Source: Fidelibacterota bacterium
GTDB taxonomy: Bacteria > Fidelibacterota > Marinisomatia > Marinisomatales > TCS55
Direction: 5' to 3'
Assembly (NCBI GenBank): GCA_046861385.1
Contig: JBHHTW010000011.1
Span: forward strand, 1 to 60,569
Length of the DNA: 60,569 nt
In this document: piece by piece, positions 38,963-49,129 of the stretch
How the letters are laid out: the number at the start of each line of letters is the position of its first letter
Numbering within the stretch: position 1 is the first letter of the stretch
Notes under the pieces: generated by a model
What the model was told of the DNA's origin: nothing
Databases searched by the model: none
Seen by the model: only the letters and a program-made list of their open reading frames with translations
Program-made: the position numbers and the translations under genes

Positions 38963-39397
38963 ATGATGATTACAATCGTTGAAGACCAATTAGAGGATGC
39001 GGTTGCAGTTTCAAAGAAAATTTCGGAATTTGATCAACCATTTGAATTAGAAGAATATCAAATAAGATTGAAGAATAATCATTTAATTTTGACCGCTTTA
39101 TTCCATAACAAGCCTGTGGGTTTCAAAATAGGGTATGATCGATTTGAGGACGGATCTTTTTACAGCTGGATGGGGGGTGTCTTACCTGAATATCGAAAAA
39201 AAGGTATTGCCAAAATGTTAGCGGATTACCAGGAAAAATGGGCAGTTGAAAATGGATATTCTGCCATCCGTCTGAAAACACGAAAAAAATACAAAGCAAT
39301 GGTGGCATTTTCACTAAAACAGGGATTTAAAATATTAAATAAAATACCGAAAATTCCTGATAGGGAATCCAGAATTTGGATGGAAAAACAGGTATAA
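38963..39397 (+). CDS. GNAT family N-acetyltransferase
   Basis: GFKIGY, YSWMGGVLPEYRKKGIA and LKQGF. Confidence 0.88.
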   Translation: MMITIVEDQLEDAVAVSKKISEFDQPFELEEYQIRLKNNHLILTALFHNKPVGFKIGYDRFEDGSFYSWMGGVLPEYRKKGIAKMLADYQEKWAVENGYSAIRLKTRKKYKAMVAFSLKQGFKILNKIPKIPDRESRIWMEKQV

Positions 39398-39398
39398 T

Positions 39399-39824
39399 AT
39401 GTGGAAACAAAAACAGATCACGTCCCCTTCCTTTCCCCGGGGATTTCATCTCATTACAAACTTCATTGTAGACAAATTCCCTGAAATCGAAGATATTTCA
39501 GTTGGGCTGCTCCATGTGTTTATCATGCACACATCCGCTTCATTAACTATCAACGAAGACGCTGATCCAACGGTCAGGACCGACTTCGAAGCTCATTTTA
39601 ACGCTACGATACCGGAAAATGCCCCATATTATCAACATACATTTGAAGGACCGGATGACATGCCTGCCCATTTAAAATCATCCATTCTCGGGTCATCGGT
39701 GAGTATTCCGATTTCCAGAGGTCGATTGAACCTTGGCACTTGGCAGGGAATATATTTGTGCGAACATAGAAATCGAGGCGGAAGTCGAAATCTAATCATC
39801 ACTTTGACCGGGGAGACAAAATAA
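39399..39824 (+). CDS. yjbQ: YjbQ / UPF0047 protein
   Basis: HTSASLTINE.ADP, EGPDDMPAHLK and LGTWQGIYLCEH. Confidence 0.93.
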   Translation: MWKQKQITSPSFPRGFHLITNFIVDKFPEIEDISVGLLHVFIMHTSASLTINEDADPTVRTDFEAHFNATIPENAPYYQHTFEGPDDMPAHLKSSILGSSVSIPISRGRLNLGTWQGIYLCEHRNRGGSRNLIITLTGETK

Positions 39825-39825
39825 A

Positions 39826-40845
39826 ATGAAATCCATTTGGACCATATTTACTCTGTCATTTGCAATCTTTTCTTCCTGTACACTCCCTCCTCAAAAACCC
39901 CAGTCGCTATTTCAATCTCAGAATTATACGATTACCTACCCATCGGATGATATGGCATCGCAGTTAGATGATGTTTTAAAATCAGTGAAAATGTTAAGTA
40001 CGTATGCCACTTATACTTCATATCAATTCAATTTTGACCAGAATATTAATAAGGATATAATAAATCAAATACATTTTGATACAGAAGCTCATTCAAAATC
40101 TTATTTTAATGAATCCTCGTCGGGAACAGCAACTATCATTGCAAATGACCCCACCCGCATTCTGGTTCTTACATGCGCTCATGTAGGAGATTATCCCGAC
40201 ACAATTATCACCTACTTTAAGGAGGATCCGGAAATTATTTCATCCATTGCGGTCAGAAGTCGATTGGATTTCTTTATTCAAGGAATTCCCGATGGGGATC
40301 AATTAATTGAATTGGCGCTGGATCGTGTAAATGATTTGGCTCTGTATGGAAAACAGTATATGTCTTCCCAGGATTTCCAATTTCTTCAATTAAATATTCC
40401 TATTGGAAACGTAGATGATCTGCAGTGGGGTAGTTTTGTTTATATGGCTGGTTTTCCCATGGGAGTAAAAATGGTCACTCGTGGCGTTGTCAGTTTATTT
40501 GAAAACGGCCAAAAGGATATGTATTTGATAGATGCCAATTTTAATCGAGGATTTAGTGGCGGGTTGGTTTTAGCTTACAAACAAGGAACTAATCAAATGG
40601 AATGGGTTGGCATTGTTAAATCAGTTTCTGCCAATTCATATTTCCGATTAAAACCAGTAGAAAACAAAACAAAATATGTCGATGAGCATCGCCCATATAC
40701 CGATGATTTATATTTGGAGCGAACTGAGGATATTAATTATGGAGTCACTTATGCTGTCAGTTCAAATACAATTCAGTCCTTTTTAATGGAAAATAAACAT
40801 AAGTTAGAACAAGCCGGTTTTAATGTTTCCCGTTGGGTCGAATAA
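39826..40845 (+). CDS. Lipoprotein, trypsin-like serine protease
   Basis: Lipobox FSSC, with triad motifs LTCAHV (His), DLAL (Asp) and DANFNRGFSGG (Ser). Confidence 0.8.
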   Translation: MKSIWTIFTLSFAIFSSCTLPPQKPQSLFQSQNYTITYPSDDMASQLDDVLKSVKMLSTYATYTSYQFNFDQNINKDIINQIHFDTEAHSKSYFNESSSGTATIIANDPTRILVLTCAHVGDYPDTIITYFKEDPEIISSIAVRSRLDFFIQGIPDGDQLIELALDRVNDLALYGKQYMSSQDFQFLQLNIPIGNVDDLQWGSFVYMAGFPMGVKMVTRGVVSLFENGQKDMYLIDANFNRGFSGGLVLAYKQGTNQMEWVGIVKSVSANSYFRLKPVENKTKYVDEHRPYTDDLYLERTEDINYGVTYAVSSNTIQSFLMENKHKLEQAGFNVSRWVE

Positions 40846-40849
40846 ATAT

Positions 40850-41629
40850 TTATTCTCTCTCTTTCACACGGTTCCAAATTTCTTCCATTTCCTCTAACGG
40901 TGATTCCTCTACCGTTTTTCCCTTTCGCTTTAATTCTTCTTCTACCCGTGTGAAACGTATCGTGAACTTTTTATTTGTTTTCCTCAGAGCGTCTTCGGCA
41001 GATATATCCAAAAACCGAGCCAGATTCACAACGGAAAAAAGTACATCTCCAATTTCTTCTTCAATATGTTTTTTGGTACGTTTTGTTTGTGCTTCTTTTA
41101 ATTCAAGGATTTCTTCATGAATTTTATCCCAAACTTCCTCCACTTTATCCCAGTCGAATCCTGCATAACTGGCTTTCTGCTGTAAACGCTGTCCTCTCAC
41201 CAGAGCAGGTAATGTAATGGGAACACCATCCAACCTGGATTTTCGTTTCTTTTCCTTGTGTTTTACTGCTTCCCAATTCTGCTTAGCATGGAAAGCTGCT
41301 TCAGCCTTTAAGTCGCCGAAAACATGGGGATGCCGACGCACTAGCTTATCATTGATATTCCCCAGAGAATCACCAATGGAAAAATGATTGTTCTCCTCAG
41401 CAATGACCGCCTGCAGCACTGCGTGGAGTAAAATATCACCCACTTCCTCCTTTAGCTCTGACCAGTTTTCGTTATCAACACTTTCAATAACTTCATAGGT
41501 CTCTTCTAAAAAATAAGGGAGCAGTGAGGCGTTTGTCTGTTCCCTATCCCAAGGACATCCATCGGGAGAGCGAAGTTTTTTTACGATACGTATCAGTTCT
41601 GTAAATTTCTTGGAAATATTATCGCTCAT
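40850..41629 (-). CDS. mazG: Nucleoside triphosphate pyrophosphohydrolase MazG
   Basis: LRSPDGCPWDREQT, EETYE, EEVGD, RRHPHVF, GFDW and EEIGD. Confidence 0.96.
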   Translation of the reverse strand: MSDNISKKFTELIRIVKKLRSPDGCPWDREQTNASLLPYFLEETYEVIESVDNENWSELKEEVGDILLHAVLQAVIAEENNHFSIGDSLGNINDKLVRRHPHVFGDLKAEAAFHAKQNWEAVKHKEKKRKSRLDGVPITLPALVRGQRLQQKASYAGFDWDKVEEVWDKIHEEILELKEAQTKRTKKHIEEEIGDVLFSVVNLARFLDISAEDALRKTNKKFTIRFTRVEEELKRKGKTVEESPLEEMEEIWNRVKERE

Positions 41630-42062
41630 GAATTAAATCCTGCCAGTTGCATTGGTGTAGGTATTTTTCTTCCTTCCGTGTCATGATATCTTTCTCAGCT
41701 TCTGTTTGATCATTATAATTCAGCAAATGCAGTCCACCATGAATGATCAATCGCCCGACCTCCCTCGCAAGCGGTTCGTCAAATGTTTTGGCGTTTTCCT
41801 TTGCCCGGGGTATACTGATGTAAATCTCTCCTTCAACTTCGTTTCTTTCATAGTCATTTAAACGGAAGGCGACCACGTCCGTCAATTGATCTAAATGGAA
41901 AAATTCAATTTTTAATTTTTTTAATAGATTATCATTCCCAAAAATGATAGATATATTATCAACTGAAAAACCCTCCTGCTCAATGACATGAGTCAGAATG
42001 CTACCAGCTATTGGAGCAATTACTCCAGAGATATTTGGATCAATTTCAATTGAAACGGCCAT
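41619..42062 (-). CDS. ybeY: rRNA maturation endonuclease YbeY
   Basis: TDVVAF, GEIYIS and IIHGGLHLLNYND (the third His of HxxxHxxxxxH is replaced by Q after ND). Confidence 0.9.
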   Translation of the reverse strand: MAVSIEIDPNISGVIAPIAGSILTHVIEQEGFSVDNISIIFGNDNLLKKLKIEFFHLDQLTDVVAFRLNDYERNEVEGEIYISIPRAKENAKTFDEPLAREVGRLIIHGGLHLLNYNDQTEAEKDIMTRKEEKYLHQCNWQDLIHER

Positions 42063-44398
42063 TAAGCATTCGCAGGGTTATCCATTTGCTGCTCTTCCGG
42101 ATATTCAATACGGATATGATAAATACCCCTCAATACCGGGAGCATTCCGGTCTGACCATCAACACTTCCTTTAATTTTGCGTAAATCATCAATGGTGAGT
42201 GGACATTCATCCAATTGACCATCATCCAGCCGTTTTTTAATGATTTTATCAATCATATCTTCCACTTTGAATATATCAGGATTTTTAATAGAGCGAACGG
42301 CTGCTTCTATGGCTTCACACAGCATTAATATACCAGTTTCTTTTGAGTTGGGTTTCGGTCCGGGGTATCGAAAGGCTAGATCGTCTACCAGCTTTTCATC
42401 ACTGCCAGCTTTATTTACGGCTTTTCGATAAAAATATTCTACTTTCGTTGTTCCATGGTGCATTGGAATAAAATTGCTGACTATTTTTGGCAGTCTATAT
42501 TCTTCAGCCAATTTCAATCCTTCAGTAACATGGTTTCGGATAATTTTAGAGCTCATAGATTCTTTCAAACCATCATGAATATTTTCGCCGCTGTATTGGT
42601 TTTCAATAAAATATTCGGGACGTATCATTTTTCCGATATCGTGATAATAAGCACCCACTCTGCACAACAGCGCGCGGGCATCTATGGCATCAGCACACGC
42701 TTCTGCCAGATTCCCCACAATAATACTGTGATTGAATGTGCCGTTGGCATCCCGCTGCATTCGTTTTAATAAAGGATGATTAAAATCCAAAAGTTCCAAT
42801 AATGTTAAATCAGTTGTAATACCGGAGGAGACTTCAACGATTCCAATAAGGCCATAGGTAATGACAGGTGTGAAGAGGCTGATGACCATTAAATAAATCA
42901 AATCAAATCTCATATCGGGCCATGAGTGTCCTTTAAAAAAACCGTGGGCGAATACCACAAAAATACTGGCAACTATCATGGCTAATATAGTAGTAATAAA
43001 CTGGCTTCTTGTTCGCAATCGTCTCACCATATACATGGCGACAGATGAAATAAAAATGACGGTGACGATAAATTCCAGATCATTTCCAATCAATATTCCA
43101 CTTAATAATGCAATAGAAATTGTCCCCATAAAGCCGATCCTTGCATCGAACAGGATAGTCAACAGCATTGCGGCAACACTGACAGGTACCAGGTATTCCG
43201 ACAATTCAAATCTCAATACAAATAAATCTGTGAGTCCAATGATTATTACAAATATTATGGAAATTAATAAAACCATTTTCCAATTATTAAAAATGTAACT
43301 GCGATATGTAAGCAAAAAGGTGAAAAAGAAAGAGATAACAACACCCACAATCATTAAACGTCCTATGTAAGCCACGATTTTTTCCCACACACTTTGCTGT
43401 AAATTTCTCTTGCTGATTGCGCTGGCAAGTGAATACAATTTTTGATAGATATCAGGTGTAATTCGCTGATTGGCATCTACGATCATTTCATCTTTGAGCA
43501 TAATCCCCTGGTTCCGAGGAACGCGATCCAATCGACTTTGTTGTCGGCGTTCGGTGGTTTCTTTATCAAAAATGATATTTGGTTTCATAAATTCAACTAA
43601 TATTATATAACCGATTTCTCGACGGATATCCTGCTCGTCTTCAAATAATGTATTGATTTCTTTTTTTGATTTTGTCCAAGCAATATTTAAATCATTCAAT
43701 TCTTCCGGCTTAATGAGAATGGGAATATCTCCCTGATCAATCGAAACTTCATTGCTCAAAATATTTTCAACGCTAATATCCAGGATTCCCTCTGCCCATC
43801 TATTTCGAAATATTTGTAATATACTTTCATGAAATTTATTTAACGCTTTATCGTTTTCAAGGGGTTCTTGAATTGTAAAAATAGAAAACCGTTCTTCATC
43901 TGTTTTTAATGAGGGATTATCTTGATTGTATTGGTTCATTAAAACACTCAAGGTGGCACTATCTGCTTGAAACATGGAGCGAACTTCTGAATATTTTTCG
44001 TCATGCCGATATCTATAGAGAAGTTCTTTTGTTTTTTCAAGCTGAATTGATGCCTCTCTGATTTCTTTAACCATTAGAAAATATTCATCTAATTTTTCAA
44101 TAGATTGATTTACAATACTTTGGTCCCGATGAAATAGTGATGGTTCAGAGCGCAATGCTTCATTCAAATCGGATTCTAGTTTGTCCTTAGTTTTTGATAT
44201 GGGAAAATTGAATGGAGCAATAACCGGTTCCCGTGCTATATCGTCTACTTGATAACTGAATTGCAGCGTCTTGCCCTGTCGAAAAAACAATGAAGCGATG
44301 ACTACCAGTACAAACAGAATGATAATCTGGCGGTAGTTCACTTTTATTGAACCAATTGTCAGTTCAATCGATTGCTGTATATTTTTTGAAATGATCAA
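42062..44398 (-). CDS. 7TM-HD (HDIG) phosphohydrolase, PgpH-like c-di-AMP phosphodiesterase candidate
   Basis: Extracellular domain plus 7 TM, GTFNHS, YYHDIGK..RP.YFIENQ, HHGT and FRYPGPKP. It has the typical adjacency to ybeY. Confidence 0.88.
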   Translation of the reverse strand: MIISKNIQQSIELTIGSIKVNYRQIIILFVLVVIASLFFRQGKTLQFSYQVDDIAREPVIAPFNFPISKTKDKLESDLNEALRSEPSLFHRDQSIVNQSIEKLDEYFLMVKEIREASIQLEKTKELLYRYRHDEKYSEVRSMFQADSATLSVLMNQYNQDNPSLKTDEERFSIFTIQEPLENDKALNKFHESILQIFRNRWAEGILDISVENILSNEVSIDQGDIPILIKPEELNDLNIAWTKSKKEINTLFEDEQDIRREIGYIILVEFMKPNIIFDKETTERRQQSRLDRVPRNQGIMLKDEMIVDANQRITPDIYQKLYSLASAISKRNLQQSVWEKIVAYIGRLMIVGVVISFFFTFLLTYRSYIFNNWKMVLLISIIFVIIIGLTDLFVLRFELSEYLVPVSVAAMLLTILFDARIGFMGTISIALLSGILIGNDLEFIVTVIFISSVAMYMVRRLRTRSQFITTILAMIVASIFVVFAHGFFKGHSWPDMRFDLIYLMVISLFTPVITYGLIGIVEVSSGITTDLTLLELLDFNHPLLKRMQRDANGTFNHSIIVGNLAEACADAIDARALLCRVGAYYHDIGKMIRPEYFIENQYSGENIHDGLKESMSSKIIRNHVTEGLKLAEEYRLPKIVSNFIPMHHGTTKVEYFYRKAVNKAGSDEKLVDDLAFRYPGPKPNSKETGILMLCEAIEAAVRSIKNPDIFKVEDMIDKIIKKRLDDGQLDECPLTIDDLRKIKGSVDGQTGMLPVLRGIYHIRIEYPEEQQMDNPANA

Positions 44399-45555
44399 GC
44401 TGCTTTTCGAAAAGTGTTCATTAATTGGCGTGCAATAATCATCCGTTGGATTTCACTGGTTCCCTCACCGATTTCCAGCACTTTTGCATCCCGGAAAAAT
44501 CGTTCCACATCATATTCTTTTACATATCCATAACCACCTAAAACCTGTATGGCTTCGGTCGTAATCTTCATGGCTGCTTCACTGGCGAAGAGTTTTGCCA
44601 TCGCCGCTTCTTTCGTAATATCCATCCCCTGGTCTTTCATCCAGGCAACGTGGAACGTCAGCAATTTTGCTGCTTCAATTTGTGTGGCCATATCTGCTAA
44701 TTTAAATCCAATGGCCTGAAATTTGTAGATTTCGGAACCGAACGCTTTTCTTTCAGCGGCGTAATTTAACGCTTTTTGATACGCTCCCTCTCCCGTACCT
44801 ACTGAAAGTGCCGCTATTGATATTCTTCCACCCGATAGTGTTTTTAAAAATGTTTTGAATCCATCCATTGGCTGACCGAGCATGTTTTCCCTTGGGACGC
44901 GCATATTTTCGAAAAATAATTGACGGGTGTCACTGGCGCACCAACCCATTTTTTTCTCTTTTGAACCTATGACTAATCCTGGAGTGTTTGTGTCGACAAT
45001 GAGTGCTCCGATCCCCATATCTTCTCCATTTTCAACAATCCGGGTTGTTAATGAAAGAATACCTGCTCTCCCGGAATTCGTGATGAATATTTTGCTGCCA
45101 TTTACAACGTATTCATTCCCATCCAAAACAGCAGTCGTTTTGGTTCCTCCAGCATCACTCCCGGCCTCCGGCTCAGTTAGGCCAAAAGCACCTAAAACTT
45201 TTCCACTGGCAAGTTGTGGAACATATTTTTGTTTTTGTTCTTCCGTACCGGCAAGGACAATAGGCATCGTTCCTAATGACGTATGTGCTGCCATGGTAAT
45301 GGCAACAGATGCGTCTACTTTTGCCATTTCCATTACAGCGGCGGCGTAGGCAATCGTATCCATCCCTGCTCCTCCATATTTTTCCGGGATTGGAATTCCC
45401 ATTAGACCCAATTCACCCATTTTAGCTACGATCTCCTCAGGAAATCTTCCTGTTTCATCCAATTCACGGGCAATGGGTTCTACTTCTGTTTTGGCAAAAT
45501 CCCTTACCATTTTCACTAACATGTTATGCTCATTTGAAAAAAATAATTTATCCAT
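44395..45555 (-). CDS. Acyl-CoA dehydrogenase
   Basis: AFGLTEPEAGSDA, NGSKIFITN, KKMG, GRI, R..FG, AMAKL, GGYGY and EIGEGTSEIQR. Confidence 0.95.
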   Translation of the reverse strand: MDKLFFSNEHNMLVKMVRDFAKTEVEPIARELDETGRFPEEIVAKMGELGLMGIPIPEKYGGAGMDTIAYAAAVMEMAKVDASVAITMAAHTSLGTMPIVLAGTEEQKQKYVPQLASGKVLGAFGLTEPEAGSDAGGTKTTAVLDGNEYVVNGSKIFITNSGRAGILSLTTRIVENGEDMGIGALIVDTNTPGLVIGSKEKKMGWCASDTRQLFFENMRVPRENMLGQPMDGFKTFLKTLSGGRISIAALSVGTGEGAYQKALNYAAERKAFGSEIYKFQAIGFKLADMATQIEAAKLLTFHVAWMKDQGMDITKEAAMAKLFASEAAMKITTEAIQVLGGYGYVKEYDVERFFRDAKVLEIGEGTSEIQRMIIARQLMNTFRKAA

Positions 45556-45558
45556 GAC

Positions 45559-46560
45559 TTAACACCATTTTATTGCTGCGGATGCCCATGTAAATCCCGA
45601 CCCGAACGCTGCCAAGACAATATGATCATTCGCTGTGAATTTTCCTTCTTTAAATGCCTCACACATGGCGATGGGTATCGTTGCAGCTGTTGTATTCCCA
45701 TAACGATGAATGTTACTATAAATTCGATCCACATCCACATTAAGTCGTTTTGCAACAGCCTTTGTAATGCGATTATTGGCTTGATGGGGAATCACTTGAG
45801 CGATATCATCCATGGTTAAACCATTCGCTAAAAGCGCTTCGTTTATTACTTCCGGAAAACGGTTGACTGCATGTTTAAATACTTCACGACCATTCATTTG
45901 CAGACGATGTCTTTTTGCTTTTATTCTCTCCTCATCAAATCCCCTTCCATCAATTCTGAACGAAGGCAATTCAACCCAAAGATCCTTCAGATATTTTCCT
46001 TCTGAATGGAGATGTGTAGATAAAATGCCAGTCCCCTCTTCGCAAGGTTGCAGGATAACAGCGCCGGCACCATCGCCAAATAACACACCCACATCTCTAC
46101 CTTCAGGATTTTTCTCCAATGCGGGAGACAGCACATCCACTCCGACCAAAAGGACCGTATTACATTGTCCATTTTTAATAAACTGATCAGCGATAGACAT
46201 GCCATAAAGGAATGCGGAACACCCCACACGGATATCAAAAGCTCCGATGGTTCGTAATGACATCATATCTTGAAGTTGAGCTCCAATTCCTGGAAAATAA
46301 TAATCTGATGAAGCAGTTCCAACGATTACCATATCAATATCTTCAGGTGATATCTCCGCCATTTCTAAGGCTTTTTCACAGGCCTTTAACGATAAATCCG
46401 ATCCGGCTTCACCCTCAGAAATCCATCGCCGTTCCTCGATCCCGCTCCGTGAACGAATCCATTCATCGCTTGTATTCATCATATCCTCAAGTTCCATATT
46501 TGTGATAACTCTGTCTGGAACTTGGAATCCCATTCCTGTTATTTTTGAATTTCTCATCAT
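45559..46560 (-). CDS. fabH: Beta-ketoacyl-ACP synthase III
   Basis: TSDEWI, GCSAF (Cys), LFGDGAGA, HQANNRI (His), YGNT (Asn) and FGSGFTW. Confidence 0.93.
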   Translation of the reverse strand: MMRNSKITGMGFQVPDRVITNMELEDMMNTSDEWIRSRSGIEERRWISEGEAGSDLSLKACEKALEMAEISPEDIDMVIVGTASSDYYFPGIGAQLQDMMSLRTIGAFDIRVGCSAFLYGMSIADQFIKNGQCNTVLLVGVDVLSPALEKNPEGRDVGVLFGDGAGAVILQPCEEGTGILSTHLHSEGKYLKDLWVELPSFRIDGRGFDEERIKAKRHRLQMNGREVFKHAVNRFPEVINEALLANGLTMDDIAQVIPHQANNRITKAVAKRLNVDVDRIYSNIHRYGNTTAATIPIAMCEAFKEGKFTANDHIVLAAFGSGFTWASAAIKWC

Positions 46561-48257
46561 TATTTCGCCGGTCTAATATCTCTCACGTTTAGTTGAATTG
46601 AAGTATTCCCCTGCCATTCATTCGTTTCAATGACAAAGGCAATATCGACCGGTTTTCCTGTTATTAGCATTTCATATTTATTTGATAGGCCAAACCCGAT
46701 TGCCTGGTACGAACGCATGCCTTGTCTTACTTTGAACCTCAAATGTTCACCGGTTTTACCGACCACTTTAGGATTACCTACAATTTCTGCAGCAGAAATA
46801 GCAAATTTAGGTCTCATATTTCCCGGGCCATACGGCCCTAATTTATCTAAAAATTCCATAAACCTTGGTGTAATATCTTTCAATACCATAAAACTATCCA
46901 ATGTTAATGTTGCATCCATATCATCTTGGGATAAGGAGTCATTGGCATAGTGGATAAATGCTTTTTTAAAATCCTGTAAATTATCCGATGATATGGTTAA
47001 CCCTGCTGCCATTGGATGGCCTCCATATCCTTCCAAATGAACTTTACATTCTGTCAGTGCTTCATATAGATCAAACCCTTTAATACTTCTGGCAGAGCCT
47101 TTTCCCAACCCATTTTCCATTGCAATAATAATGGTTGGTCTGTGAAATTCCTCTTTTATTTTGGAGGCAACAATCCCAACAACACCCGCGTGCCAACCTT
47201 TAGAAGCAAGAACCAGTGCATAATCATTCTTTAAATCCGCTTCCGCATTTACTTTCAATAACGCCTCATCAAGAACTGATTGCTGAATGAATTGTCTTCG
47301 TTTATTTTCTTCATCTAATTCTTTTGCCAACTGCTTGGCCCGTTTCTCATCATTTGTTACAAATAATTCCAGAGCTCTATTTGCATCACCCAACCTACCG
47401 GCGGCGTTGATTCTGGGTGCAATACTGAAAACCAATTGTCCAACAGATATGTGGTCATTTAGCCCAGCAAGATCAAGCAGTGTTTTCAATCCCGGTTTTT
47501 CCAAATCATGAAGCAAAGACAAACCGTGGTAAACAATAATTCTATTTTCTTCTTTAATCGGAACTATATCTGCTGCAGTTCCCAATGTGATCAAGGGAAG
47601 AATTTCTGCATAATTGGAGACAGGAATATTGAGTTTACTGGCGATAGCAGTGATCAGTTTAAATGCAACACCTCCACCACAAAGTCCCTTAAAGGGATAT
47701 GGACAATCGCTGCGTTTGGGATTCAGAATCGCATACGCATTGGGGAGATTTTTCTCGGGTATATGGTGGTCTGTAATAATGACATCTATGGGTTTTTCAT
47801 TCGCATAATTAACTTTTTCAAACGCATTGATACCGCAATCGCACGTAATTAAAAGATCTGCATTTATTTTCTGGGCATAGTCAATACCTTTAGTAGATAG
47901 TCCATATCCTTCTTTTTCCCGATTCGGTATATAGTAGTCAACAACTCCACCAAATAGTCCCAACGCATTGCAAAGTGCCGCCGCGCCAGTCGTCCCGTCA
48001 ACGTCGTAATCACCAAATATTAATATGGGGTTTCCGTGATGAATATTTATCAAAATTCGGTCAACTGCTTTATCCATGTCCATCATCAGAAATGGATCGA
48101 AAAGGTTTTTCCAATCCGGGTTAAAAAATAAATCCGCTTCTAATTTTGTTTGAATTTTTCTATTGGCCAAAACTTTGGCAATAACCTCAGATGTCCGGAA
48201 GGACTTTTGTATTGAAGCCACAAGTTGACTGTCTGGATTTAGAATGGACCAGCGCAT
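46560..48257 (-). CDS. recJ: ssDNA exonuclease RecJ
   Basis: GDYDVDG, TCDCG, TDHH, PRINAAGR, GSARS, GGHPMAAG and LGPYGPGN. Confidence 0.96.
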   Translation of the reverse strand: MRWSILNPDSQLVASIQKSFRTSEVIAKVLANRKIQTKLEADLFFNPDWKNLFDPFLMMDMDKAVDRILINIHHGNPILIFGDYDVDGTTGAAALCNALGLFGGVVDYYIPNREKEGYGLSTKGIDYAQKINADLLITCDCGINAFEKVNYANEKPIDVIITDHHIPEKNLPNAYAILNPKRSDCPYPFKGLCGGGVAFKLITAIASKLNIPVSNYAEILPLITLGTAADIVPIKEENRIIVYHGLSLLHDLEKPGLKTLLDLAGLNDHISVGQLVFSIAPRINAAGRLGDANRALELFVTNDEKRAKQLAKELDEENKRRQFIQQSVLDEALLKVNAEADLKNDYALVLASKGWHAGVVGIVASKIKEEFHRPTIIIAMENGLGKGSARSIKGFDLYEALTECKVHLEGYGGHPMAAGLTISSDNLQDFKKAFIHYANDSLSQDDMDATLTLDSFMVLKDITPRFMEFLDKLGPYGPGNMRPKFAISAAEIVGNPKVVGKTGEHLRFKVRQGMRSYQAIGFGLSNKYEMLITGKPVDIAFVIETNEWQGNTSIQLNVRDIRPAK

Positions 48258-48510
48258 TTAAATAAAACCAAAGACCGGAAAAACGAAGGAATCATATAGT
48301 GTGTCATCATTCACAACAGATTGAAGGATTGTGTATCTATGCATACTTCTGCGTAAAAGCTTTGGAAGAGATAATTGAATCATATTATAGAATTCCTTAT
48401 TAAAAAGATAACGAATATTTGAATGAATAAAGTATGGTGTCATTCCGAATGGGTTAGCAAAAAAAATGAAATTCTGATGAAGTCCTAATCGTTTATTATG
48501 GAATTAATTT

Positions 48511-48919
48511 TCTGAGCCGGTCTATAAGCCGAGTTCTGTTCTTCCCGACAAAAAGTGTCAGGAATTAGTGGTCATTCCTCTGGACCCAACATCACTGCCG
48601 GGTTCAAGCAACCTACCCTCTCCTAATAACGATGCGAACCACATCTCAGAGACTATTCGGTCTTGCACTGGATGGGGTTTACCCAGCTTCCCAATTTTCA
48701 TTGGGAACTGGTGGTCTCTTACACCACCGTTTCACCTTTATCCCAACATTAATGTCGGGAAAGTCTACTCTCTGCTGCACTTTCCATATCCCGACATCTA
48801 AGATATCGGAACTCCTCCCGTTAGGAGGCATCCTGTTCTGCAGTGCCCGGACTTTCCTCCCCGATTCGTTCGTTGCACATTGGCAAAACAAATCAGAGTA
48901 ACCACTCAACCGACTCAGA
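48511..48919 (-). ncRNA. rnpB: RNase P RNA (type A)
   Basis: The minus strand has GAGGAAAGTCCGGGC, GGAAAGTGCAGCAGAGAG, GGTGAAACGGTGGTGTAAGAGACCACCAG, GGTAAACCCC, GCAAGACC and AACAGAACTCGGCTTA. The ends TCTGAGTCGGT / ACCGGCTCAGA pair as P1. Confidence 0.97.
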
Positions 48920-49129
48920 TTGTTAAATAACTGCCGAATTTAAAGAATTTAATTTTACGAAAAAAATCAATCTGAAATACGTTAACAGCGTTTTCACTTT
49001 TCATATTTACAGCAATTAACCTTAATTGGAGAAATAATACAAATCTGATTAATTAATGCTGTTTTTTAAAGATTGATAAACGACTCCAAAAATCATTTTT
49101 GAAACAATATACTATATTTTATCGATCGG

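Noticed and set aside
40850-41629. mazG as part of a toxin-antitoxin or phage-defence module
   Set aside because: It is the tandem-domain housekeeping MazG in a ybeY/HDIG operon, with no mazEF or defence genes nearby.
48568-48909. ORF-track ORFs 48568-48801, 48632-48901 and 48679-48909
   Set aside because: They lie inside the RNase P RNA gene and are spurious.
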